DNA of 60,166 nucleotides, counting the filler, from Sphacelaria rigidula (lineage: Eukaryota): the NCBI GenBank assembly GCA_964200075.2. It is 8 parts of 8 records of this genome, joined end to end, with 100 filler letters (N's around TTAATTAATTAA, not from the genome) between each part and the next. Parts side by side here need not be neighbours in the genome. Positions count along the whole stretch, not along the records: positions 30,135 to 37,567 come from CAXNAA020014939.1; positions 37,668 to 45,100 come from CAXNAA020014940.1; 6 more parts are not named here. One strand, 5' to 3'. Below, in pieces: positions 30,999 to 42,221 of this stretch. The position numbers were made by a program, and so were the translations under genes. Under the pieces are notes generated by a model. The model worked only from the letters and a program-made list of their open reading frames with translations. It was not told the origin of the DNA and did no database searches. Position 1 is the first letter of the stretch. Each line of letters starts with the position of its first letter.

Positions 30999-33900
30999 CT
31001 TTTGGTCCCACTCCCTGGCGATGTAGCCGTCGAGCCAATCCGACGCGCTCGCCACGAGCAGACCTGTTTTGACGGGGATTGGTCATGTATTCGGCGCAAG
31101 CGTGGGGACTGCTATCCTGAGGGACAGGTAACAACCTTTCGAGGAGAATGTAGTTCCCGTCGTTGAAAAGCATGTGAGGATACGAGTGGCAAAACGACAA
31201 AATTCGTCGACAATCAACGCCGAGCGGGAACGCCGATTCAACTCGCGATACCATCAGGTCAGGCAGTTGCTGAGCTAGAGATGTTGGATTGATTCACCCA
31301 AGACTACGATACTCGTCCCGAGCAACGACGGGGAAAGTCGACAGGTGGATGGATTGCGGGAAAGAAGGGTAAAAAAGCAAGAGGGGGGTGAACTACCATC
31401 ACAAGTGCCTATCGAGGACTCACCACCATTTCACATTGGCGACAATTGTGAAATAACTTCAACTGCCTAGTGACCAGAAAGTTCCCCGGGAATTCAGATC
31501 CCCGCCCGATCACCGCCATGTACACATATATATATATATATATAATCGTTAAGGTTGACCGAGTAATGTGAGAAGGCTGGATCAATGGCGGGGGGTAAGC
31601 GAGCGCATATCACGAACTCACAACCGACACACTCACAACCAACGTATCTCCCATGGACATGGTCGACTTCGGCGCTCAACACACGCAGGAAGTATGCGAC
31701 GGAATGAATGAATACCGCGAGCCCGTCAAAAGGGGATACTTGCCCGTAGAAATCGTCGAAAACACACACGAAGAGGCTAACAAAATGGGAAGATCGTGTT
31801 GATACTACTCTAAAGACGGACGGTGGCCGTGATACCCGGGGCGGCGGTACGTGAAGTAGGTAGCAACAAGGATCGAGGCCGCAGCCAAAGCACGGAGAGG
31901 CTGAGAACTCCAGCGGCTTCGTCGTCTATGAATTGACACCGTGCTCCCCACCGAGCACCGACTAAAAATGACATTTTTTTGCCGTTGCTATAATCCATCG
32001 TCAACCCCGCCGCTCTGCAGTCTACCTACTATGAATCCCACTGGCATTTCACTCCCTGACGATCCTTTTACTCAGCTCGGTATTCTCGACGAAATCGGCG
32101 CTCATGATACTGATACCTGTAACGTGGGAAGCAATATCAGGGGCTGCGATTATCACCATGATAATATTCCGGTACATTAGCTCGATGTCTTGATTTCCTG
32201 GTCATAGACATAGACTCGTCTTTCCAATAACGTCAGTTCTATTCCTCACATGAGATAGAAGCGCTTATTGAGCGGCTCCTTATGAGACAGACCCCAAAAC
32301 AAGAAAATGAAACGCCAAGAGAGAGGCGTCAAGGAACTAGAAGGCAAAAGCCTTACCCCAAGCTGGTCGGAGGTGTGGTGAAACAAACAAATCAGATTTG
32401 GTAATGAAGTAAGATGACTCAACCTCGGGCTCTGACCGTACAAACACCCTCGCCATACTTACCCTACCGCTGCCGCCGCCGCACCCCTGACCTCGAAATT
32501 TATATCTCTGGTTTGCAAAAACCGTCATATCCCGACTATGGGTCAAAACTAGCATCCTGTTTGCCTGCCGCCAGCGCCCGCGTCATCACTGCTATCGCCC
32601 GGGATGGAGGCCCGCCCGCATTCTAACGAAAGTCTATCTCGTGACGCCCCCGGTAGAAGGGAGACACAACGGACGCTGCCTGAAAAAACAGGCGAAGCTT
32701 CTTGCTGTGCATCGGCATGCCCCCTTCATCTGTTGACATACCGCCCGCTGACATGGACAATTTGATCCTTACCCAGCAAGGGGTCATAGTATATGATTTA
32801 TACAACTGTAGAAGCACTCGTATTTCGACCTTACCAAAAGAAGCTAGCCACGAGGAGTGCGGTGTGGAATTGGGGTTGCACCTCAGTGACAAATCCGAGA
32901 TAATACGACGAATTATCATGACGATAAATAAAAGTGCAGTCGCAAGCATGGGATTCAAAACGCCGTTATGTCGAGCTACACTACGGTAGTAGCATATACT
33001 CTACAGAGTCTGCACGAACCTCGCACTCCACATACTGTACAGCAACTAAATCAGAAACATGGTTTCACCTGCAAGGGCCAGGTCATGATGCGAGGTAACG
33101 ATGAATCCTGCGAGGATCGGGCAGAAGCAGATCCTCCCCATTGTGATGATGTTGGGCAGCGTCCACACGCGGGAAGACTCCTGTTGATGTGTTATTATTG
33201 TTACAAATCGAACCCCGCCATGGTGCGATGTTGGAAAGTGGCTGGTGCCTTCTTTGGGGACGGGAATCTACCATGAGTATAATGCATCCTGTAGCTCAGG
33301 GTGTGCAGAAAAGTTCGGAGTTTCATGCGTCGGGATGACCGCTCATGAAGGATTCATCTATCCCTCTACAAGACGAGTCAAGCGGTACACGATAGCACGG
33401 TCCGAATCAAAGTCTCGTAGCAGAAGGGGGTTGGTCAAGTCGCAGCTTACCACAGTGGTATGGCTTTTGCGATGAAGGCGAAATAACCCCAATTCTTCCA
33501 TCCCACCTTTCACCAGGGTACCGATTTTGTTTTGTCGCTTCCCACAGGCAGTACTGTACTACAGATAAGAGCGTAGATGATAGACATAAAACAGTACAGT
33601 TCGACGCAATAGACCACAGTCGCCCGCGAAAAGAGGATACCTCTACGGGCCCATATTCATCCTTGCATCAGAGATCGACAAGGGAACGGCGTGAGCATGA
33701 AGGAGTTGCTGCCTAACAGCGTCGATACGCCAAGCTCCTGCCCGCAGCTGCACTGCACCCAGCGCTAAACCATCGCCGATACAAAAAAAAAAAACTGGCT
33801 CTATTGGTCCTCTTGTCACAACGCAGCCAAGAACGTCTTCAAAAAAAGAAGCAGTCAAAATCAGCTTTCATCGTCACCTCTTCATTCCCGCCCGCCCCCG

Positions 33901-34653
33901 AGAAGAACACTACTTCACCTTGTCTACTACACCCCGTCCCCCCTCTCGTCGATGCCCCGCCTGACCTATTCGCGCCCCCGCCCCCGCGGCCTCGGCGCCA
34001 TCAGCCTTCGCTGCTCGCGCGCCAAGAACCCCCGGTGCTCGCTGCTTACCCCTCCCGGTTCCGTTGTCGCCACGTTCATTATTGTTGTCGTCGTCGTGCT
34101 GTGGAACGGTGGCAAACCCTCTAGTGGAGAGCTGCATACTTAGCCTAACGCCTCGTTGCCATTGCTCGTGTTGTTGTGGTGTTGCAGTTGGTGTTGTCGC
34201 GGCGGAGCAATGGTGATGGTTAACATGGAGTCCCCGGCGTTGAGCGTAACAGTACGGGCAGGATGATGCATTGCTACTGGAGTGTGGAACTAGTGTAGCC
34301 ATCCCTAGCAGCCGTCGCTGCGCTCCTGCTCCTGCCGCTGCCGCTTCCACCCTGTCTGACAAAAGAAGATATTGCGTCTTGCATCGCGGTGGCGGTGTTG
34401 ATGGTGGTGGTAATAGTGATGGTTGCCTGCAGGGGAGTGTTGGGGTTTCGCAGGAAAACAAGACAAGTTCAGTTTGGGCGGAGGAGCATGGTCATGTCTT
34501 GTGCTCCAGCGAGCAGGAACCCTTCAACTGGATATGCGCAGAAATAGTTAGCGATAGAAAAATGACATTCAACTGTTGGAATTTTTCATACCTGACGCCA
34601 GTTGCACCACGGCAATACCGACCGCCTAGAATCCTCGTAGCGCGCACGACCAT
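30999..34653 (-). CDS. CDP-alcohol phosphatidyltransferase, probably mitochondrial cardiolipin synthase, 5' part (4 exons)
   Basis: Exons 34653-34592, 34351-33919, 33180-33069, 31063-30999 splice in phase: MVVRATRILGGRY...RGFAT...VWTLPNIITMGRICFCPILAGFIV...LLVASASDWLDGYIAREWDQK (DxxDGxxAR motif). Arg-rich presequence-like N-terminus. PGP synthase is not excluded. Confidence 0.88.
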
Positions 34654-34859
34654 CTCACATCAACGGCAGATGAGTTGTCTATACCAGTAAAGGATATATG
34701 GTAGTCTTACACGGTAGGCAGTACCCACCGCAGCGGACCATTTTCGCCAAACATAACAGTCAGTCAGACCCGTTTATCAAGCCGTCGCACCAAAGAAAGT
34801 TCAAAACCGGTGGCAAGATATGGCAGTAACTGAGCGTGTAAGGAGGGTTTGGCGCTGCG

Positions 34860-37408
34860 ATGGACGAAAACGAGCTGCTGGAGCTAAACGCAGATCTAAT
34901 GGAAGTAATCAGGGAGAGACAAGAGGCAGGCGCCCTAGATGAAGCTGTAGCGTGAGTCAAACAAAATCACCACAAAACACGTATCCGTCGCATCCCGCCA
35001 TTGCGATGACGGAGTATAGCACCCCCAAACTGATGCTGAAACGTTTGCAACCTCAATCGGTAGCGACACGAGGCCTTGCGTTTGCCACAAAGGATCTCGT
35101 TTGTATGAAATTAGACACATCAAAGAGAAATATCCAACAAAATGTTTGTCGGCGTGACTGCAGCATTCCCCCCCCAGAAAGCTAAGGTCTGAAAACCTCC
35201 ACCTCGGCGGGTTATGTTCAGCTCGCCACCTTACAGGCAATCTGCTGTGTGTCTGCACAGGATAATATTGCCGCATGCTTGTGCCACGTAGAAAATCAAA
35301 CTTCTCTGCAACTACGGGTGTTATGTCCTGCTGCATCGAACTGCACCGAACTGCACCGTACTTTGTAGTGCACTGCACGTGACAGGTTAGTTGTTAACGT
35401 TGTGCAGTACATGACGGTAGTGACAGTCGCGCCGTCTGTAAAGTTCAACTGTTTTCACTCAACACGCTAGCGCGCGGTGCGCAGCTGCGGATGAAGGACT
35501 TCCTGTGTCGCATCATGTTCCTCGCGAAGGCTTTATCATCATAAATTGATTGTGGAACGACAACCAGGCGACACTTCATGCTCTCGCACTTGAACTTATC
35601 CTTGTAGTTGCGTAGCCTGTATCTCGTCCACTGGAGCTTTTATTGTGGTGGTAAGCTGGCTTATCTCGTACCGAGAAGTACCCGGCGGTGTATCGGCAAG
35701 TTGGGCCCTCGATGCAGGCAACACATAAGTATTTATATATACAGGGAGAATAACTGCTGGACAGAATTTGCGAGAGAGTGAGTGAAGACGTGCCCAGATT
35801 GTTCACTTTCATCAAGATAACTTTTTTTTAAATACAAATCTGCACTTACTCTTACGAATCTGAGGATTTCACCGTGTGTGCAAGCGATTTCCTCCCGCGG
35901 ATTGAGTTTTCGGACCCATTCCGTTGGGCAATGTTTCTCGACTAGCTTTGAAAAAGCCAGATGGACTTCCCGATTATCTGGGCATTGACTGTTGGTATAT
36001 CACCTGTCTGCTCAAATCGAGACACTCCATTATGCGAGTACAATAAACAGATCTGCGGCCCGAATCTGTTATTTCTATAAGCATATCATGTCCGACTGTC
36101 ACGATGAGGGTGCAGAGATTGTGAGTTCGGTTCTCGATGCGTTGATTTCTTCACTGAAGTATCTGATTTCCACCGCCGAAAGCGTGAGTACATGAGTAAA
36201 CATGAAGTCATTGGCTGAGTTTGTTTGACGAGATGTGACGCGGTGCGAGAGTGCGGACCCAATCAAACCGCGAGAGCAAAATGCAAGGCGTGTAGCGGGG
36301 AGAGATGCGTCGATTGATCCCTTGAGACCACGGACTCGTCCCTGAGAAGGGGAGAGGTTCAAAGTGCGTCAAAAATATATGTACTTCCAAATAAATACTG
36401 GTATATTGAGGAATGTCTCGATTTGAGTAGAATGATGACATACCAGAAGTCAACGCTCAGAGAATCGGAAAATTGATTTGGCTTTCTCATAGCTAGCCGA
36501 GAAATATTGCCCAGCGGACTGAGGTCCGAAATCCTCAATCCGCGAGAGGGTATCGCTTGCATACGTGCTGAAATCCTCAAATTTGGACAAGTGCAGATTT
36601 GTCCCCATTAGGCCGCTTCTTATGGCAAACAAAAAAATGTCCTGTAAAAATGTTGTCTGGTCCCTCTTCGTCGTTTTACGCCCTAAAAAAAAGCTAAGTT
36701 TGACACCTTGGAATGGCTTGCTCTACTCGCTGAGATGGTTCCAGGACGTTTCCGTGTTTTCCGGTGGCTGCAGTTTTTATTTTGATCGAACAAGCATTTT
36801 TGTCCAGAGAGGTCAAGTTCAGAGAAAAATGGCATTTTTTTTTTAGATTTGACCGTTCTTGACTGTTCTTGGACAAGAATAAAAGTTTGGTAAAATAAAA
36901 CGGCGGCCACCGGAAAACGCGAAGATGTCCTGGAACCGTCTCAACGAGTAGAGCAAGTCATTCCAAGGTGTCAAACTCCGCCTAGCTCCTCGTAAAACGG
37001 CGAAGAAGGACCAAAAAAACATTTTACAGAATTTTCTATCTGCTTTCCATAAAAAGCAGCCTAAAAAGTAGTCTTACACTAGTTTTATGGCGAGACTACT
37101 GTCGATCTGTATCGAGATCGGGGCAGGTGAAATTCGGAATTCCCCCTTTATGAACCCCGATATAGCCCAGATCGGAATTTCCCCATTTTCGCACAATTTC
37201 CCCAATCTGCGCGACAGATCGAGAAAAAGTCGATGTTCCCCCAACCTGTAGGAAAGCGACGTACGTAGAGTGACGTACGATGATACGGCGAGAGGCGTTT
37301 GAAATTTTTGAAACCGCAGCAGCAGACGGTTTCGTGACAGATTAGGCGGTGCCTGCCCGCGCCGGCTGCTGGAGCAGCTTCACAGCATAGGTACAGGCTG
37401 GGCCAGCA
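34860..37408 (+). CDS. Hypothetical protein, putative 5' exons, divergent from the phosphatidyltransferase gene
   Basis: 34860-34951 (MDENELLELNADLMEVIRERQEAGALDEAV, donor GTGAGT), then phase-compatible candidates 35745-35777 and 37341-37408 with GTGAGT and GTAAGT donors. No recognisable domain. Confidence 0.45.
36611..37061. mobile_element. Fold-back MITE, PIF/Harbinger (Tourist)-like
   Basis: ~200-bp imperfect inverted arms, e.g. tttgacaccttggaatggcttgctctactcg / cgagtagagcaagtcattccaaggtgtcaaa. Ends TTA|GGC...GCC|TAA. Confidence 0.85.
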
Positions 37409-37567
37409 GTAAGTGCCGCATTTGCATCTCCAACGATAACTCGTCAACTTTACCAAATCAGCTCGACTTTGGCATATCGCTGTGAAGTGCAGATCAACCT
37501 GGTAATCGACGGCACCGCCGCTGTTCGATTGGCGAAGTTGTGGCGATGATATTATTGTACTGCATTG

Positions 37568-37667
37568 NNNNNNNNNNNNNNNNNNNNNNNNNNNNNNNNN
37601 NNNNNNNNNNNTTAATTAATTAANNNNNNNNNNNNNNNNNNNNNNNNNNNNNNNNNNNNNNNNNNNN
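37568..37667. other. Artificial contig linker 5
   Basis: Same 100-bp spacer. Confidence 0.99.
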
Positions 37668-38371
37668 AGGGGCCTTCTTGACATGCGGAGTGAAAAAAGA
37701 TACGTATGGTGGTGACCTAACTGTTGCTAGTGTGGCGCATAGGAGTCCGTCCATGCTGCAATCTGGAGCACACGCTAGCCGCGTGAACACCTCGGTACAC
37801 TACGAGTAGCTTTCCAGAATTATTGCGATGTTAGGAGGTCATGCATTACAAGCTGGGACGAGAGTGCTCTACAATCAACCCCTTGTCGTTGCATTTGAGA
37901 CCCACGCCATCAACCGCCGATAGCAAAGGTCTTGTGGCTTTCACGCAACGCTGTCGGTAGTACGGCAGGCAAACCTGCTCATAGCTAGCTTTCGTTGCTA
38001 CCGTACTTACTCCCGACCGAAGTTCGCAACGGGTACGAAAGCTTACCAGTTGATTTTTCTCAACTTCATCCACCCCGTTCAAACGGCTTTCAAGACCTGA
38101 GGGCAGGTGGCCGTCTCGGGTCCGCCTTAACACGCAAAGATACCGTCGAACAGCAACACCAAACTTTTCTGGGATTGGCATCAGGCAGTCCGTGTAGAAT
38201 AGAACAGAAATCGACAAGTTACCGTTCGTATTAGAAAACAATGCGCATGAAACGCTTTGCAGGTCGGAAAACACGTCTTTTCATGGAGAAGAAGCTCTCC
38301 GTACCCCCATTAGTGTTGTATGCGCTTGTAAAAACTCTACTGTCCTTCATTAATACCTGGCGGGGGGACAG

Positions 38372-38665
38372 GGAAGCCGTCTTTTCCCGAGAGACAGAAG
38401 AAGCGCCGGATAGCTTTCATTTGCGACCAGGTGGACGAGACAGCCAGTAATTTCCTCGACCAAGGAAACGTCATCCACTTGGACAAAAGCTGGTTTTTTC
38501 TCCTGAGGAACAGGGAGAAGATCCGAATCTTCCCGGGGAAGTCTGTCCCTGAGTCTCCCCGCGTACAGCGCAAGAGTCACACCCCAAAGATCATGATAAT
38601 TGTGGCGAACGCTCGGCCGGACCCCAGCCACGATTTCGACGGCAAGATCGGCATCTGGCGCAACT
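38372..38665 (+). mobile_element. Degenerate mariner transposase fragment, plant/stramenopile DD39D-like
   Basis: KPSFPERQKKRRIAFICDQVD...NVIHLDKSWFFL...KSHTPKIMIIVANARP...FDGKIGIW matches the VHIDEKWF, KVMFL.AVARP and FDGKIGIW motifs. Truncated. Confidence 0.82.
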
Positions 38666-40303
38666 TTTTGAAAAGGGGCGAAATTTGGCCTTTTGGGGGC
38701 CGACTGAATTTTTTGGGCCGCTTGCCCACGCAGGAGGCTGCGCAAAAGAACAGAATTTTTCAACTCGAAAAATGATAGATTTCAAAAATATCATCGCCAA
38801 CGGCATCGGGCACGATTAAGAACCCGTGGAAACGTAATCGAGCCAACTTGTGTGTCAGAGGAAACATTTGTACAGTGTATACACGACCCATTTTGATGAG
38901 TTACAGGCTCACCGGTTTTCGGGAGTACCACGAGTGTGCAGGCCCCGGTTCTTGCTGTTTGATGTTTTTGTCCGAACGAACCGATCCGGATCGTTGTAAT
39001 GAACAGATTAATGCGTCACGTTCTTCATCTTCGATACGCATTGCGCTACAACACAAAACCGTGGTTCGGAATTATATACGGGTCATTAACACCCCCTTGA
39101 TGGACGGGGTTTTACTCTATATTCTTCCGACAACACGGCCTGCTTGTTTTTCGAACGCCTCCCGACTCTCAAACTTTTGGGTAAAGGTGACAAATTGTCT
39201 TGCAAGATAATTCTGATTAAGTGAACACCGTAATTTGACTTGTACCACCAAACACCTTGGTTGGACCCGATTTCGCATTTACGCGATTCACCGTCATCCG
39301 GTTCGAGGTCATCCAAGACTCATCCAAGATTTGCGAACTGACAAAATGTTGCTGCGTAAGCCCGCGCGCGCGCTCCCTTGCATCGCCTCATGTGTAGGAC
39401 TACTTGGAATCTGCCTCGTGTCCAATTTAGCCGCGGTGCGGAAGTCTGCACGATACAGGAAATCACAGAAAGTATATGTGATCACGTGAACCGTGTCACC
39501 AAGCACTCACTGATCACCACTGGGGCAGAATAACAACATCCGACAACTAGAGCGATTTTTATCAATAACAGCTGTGTACGCCATGTGATACGCTGGTAGC
39601 GCTAGCGTGTATGTAGAGGTTACTTTTCCTCCGTGGACACATTTGCGCAGCACAAATCTCAACAAACTACGCATCGTAACTCACAAATATGGGGTTGTAC
39701 ATGATACATCAGTCCTGGAACAAGTTCACTCGCTGGGCAGTGTCTTGCTGTGCGAGATCCGTTTTCATTCTCAGTCAACCACAGGGAAGTCGGGTACCCG
39801 TACACAGACCAGGATGACAACTCGATGAAGATCACTGGAAAAATTGAACGCCGTGAAATTTCCTGCAGTAGCCAATACCGCGAGCAGTCAAGCATAGTTC
39901 GGCAGCTCCCTCACTTGAAGACTCAAACGCGGGGCTACTGTGGGACACCATTACTGTACTTCGAGCATCTGACGAAAAAGACAGGGAAAATACATGCAAG
40001 TAACAAACACGAACACCACCATTCGTCAACCACCTCCTCTCTTGAGCCTCACCGTTCACTCCACCACATACTATACCATCTAGCGCAAACTGTGGGCCTT
40101 ATAGCCGAGAGCATATAGACGAATAAACTTCCTACATGTCAAGCCACAACTCTACACCCCTCACACAAAATCGAACAGGGCTACGACGATATCACTGTCC
40201 GGTGTGCACACTTTCATACATGCCCTGCTTGCAGCCTTGTCTGAATATCACAACTTGTGCGCCACAATACAGGCGATCCACTGATTCGTCAAGTAAACAC
40301 TAA

Positions 40304-41417
40304 TCAGCCGTGTCTTTGAGGCGGCGGTAACGGCCGAACGCCTCGATATCCCGTCACAGCGGACACCCTCGTGGCCATCTCCGCGTCCTTTTGCTCGTAC
40401 TCGACGCTCTCGCGCAGGGCCGTCGCGCGTACTGTCAGCCGATGCACTCCCCCCCCGTCCGCCGTCGAAACCACCACCAAGTCACCGACGTCGGCGTCCA
40501 CCTCCGCCTCCACCACCGCCGGCACGCACGCCTGCACGCGCGCCAGCTCCGCCCCGGTCATCACGTCCAGCAACAGCAGTAACCCGTGGCAGCCCACGAA
40601 GAAAATTACGTTTGTGTTCTCCGTCCACTGTCGGAGGAATACGGGGGGAGATACCACAGGCACCGTCTCGCCGCCAGCGTCGCTGTTCACCACTTGGTAC
40701 GCAGAGGAACCGCGCAGGTCCTCGTCCGCAATAACGTGCGTCGTGGCAATGAGCCACCCGTCGCCGTGCGCCGCCAACCGGCCCAACGCCTCCTGCCCCT
40801 CCGCCTGCGACAACGATCGGTCGAGGTCGAGTACCCGCAACTCGGCCGCACCGCTGTCGCCCCTCACAACCAACCCCAGGATATTCAGCGGCGGATTGGA
40901 CCCGGGCATGGTCATCAGAGCGGCCCCCAGCGCCTCAAACTCGAACGTTTCTCGGCGCTCGAAGCTGTAGAGATCGACCTTCACAGGTCCTCCACCGCCC
41001 TCGATGCTGGTGCTATTGCTGCCGTAGCCATTTCTCCCACCGCTCTTCCCACTGTTTGCCGCCGCCATCATTGCGCTTCCCCTCACCTCGCAGCCGCCCC
41101 CGCCCCCGTCGGTGTCTGCAACGACGCACAACAGCATTCCCCACCGACCGTCCGCCGACGCCTGATAATCGTACACGCGGTGCCGAGTCCCTCGTTGAGT
41201 TAACGTCCGCCGTCGTGCAAACGCTTGCCGGGGTCTTCGAAGGCGTGCCGCGGCATCCCTCTCTTGCGCGGCTTCCCCCGAAGCACCGCCACCCGATACG
41301 CCTTCGGCGCTGTGAGCGGCATCGCTCCCGGGACTGCCGCCAGCTGGGCTGTCAGAAACGCTCCAGTAGAACACAGCGTTGTGGGTCACCAACGCCAATC
41401 CCCAAGGAGACAGCCAT
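40304..41417 (-). CDS. Terminal exon: remainder of the clathrin terminal-domain-like propeller and linker helix
   Basis: Acceptor ttgttccag. Splicing gives MWR|WLSPWGLALVTHNAVFYWS (clathrin [22 protein letters not shown]), then YQASADGRW, VDLYSFERR and VIFFVGCHGLLLLLDVMTG. TGA at 40304-40306. Confidence 0.87.
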
Positions 41418-41846
41418 CTGGAACAAATATTGTCCGTAAGTCGCGAGAGAAATTGGCAGGAATGAGACTATCAGCGTGTTTTTGTGTTTGCTGAGAGCCT
41501 TGTCTTTAAACATGCAACAGGCAACAAACTCGCGCCGTATACGCACCAACATCTCAACGCCGAAATGAACGGACACTTTCTGGTATGAACCAGGCCGTAC
41601 ACGTCGGTATCCAAGCAAAAGCAACAGTCTTTGATCTCTTGACCTTCCAAGGTTCCTCGTTGGACGTCAGCAATACAGGGTCTCAAAAATGTGCGAATTG
41701 TCTCGTGGAACCACAGCGCTTGTAGAAATAGGGGTATTTCGACCTGAAGGGGCCGTGTCACTCATATGCCACATCAAGGTGCAGCGTGGCCGAGTCACAA
41801 CCAGGAACACCAGTCGTAACTCGTGGAGACTACCATAAGCGATAAC

Positions 41847-41962
41847 TAGGCTTCTACTTATTATGCTAGCACGGTTTTACTTAATAGCGACCCCGCACTT
41901 TTTTCAAGATAAACGAAGTCTTAAACTTCAAAAACCGTGCTAGCATAATAAGTGAAAGCCTA
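41847..41962. mobile_element. 116-bp hAT-type MITE in the intron of the kinase-clathrin gene
   Basis: ~32-bp TIR TAGGCTT..ACTTATTATGCTAGCACGGTTTT. Perfect 8-bp TSD GCGATAAC at 41839-41846 and 41963-41970. Confidence 0.9.
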
Positions 41963-42221
41963 GCGATAACCGCGCCAGAATTACACGCAGTCGTACATGC
42001 GCAAACAGTTCATCGCCCATTGGCTACATGTTTTAGTTCTGAGTAACTTTTGCTACAATGCCATATCCATCTGACTCCCATCTACGCCTACAGCAATAAT
42101 CCTCCAGACCTTTGCGGAGCTGTTCACGGACGAAAACGCGCAACGATACCATGGATCTCCAAGAGTTTGAACCTAATTTTCTTCACATGAAACCCTTCCC
42201 CGTCCCCTTAGCACAGCTCAC

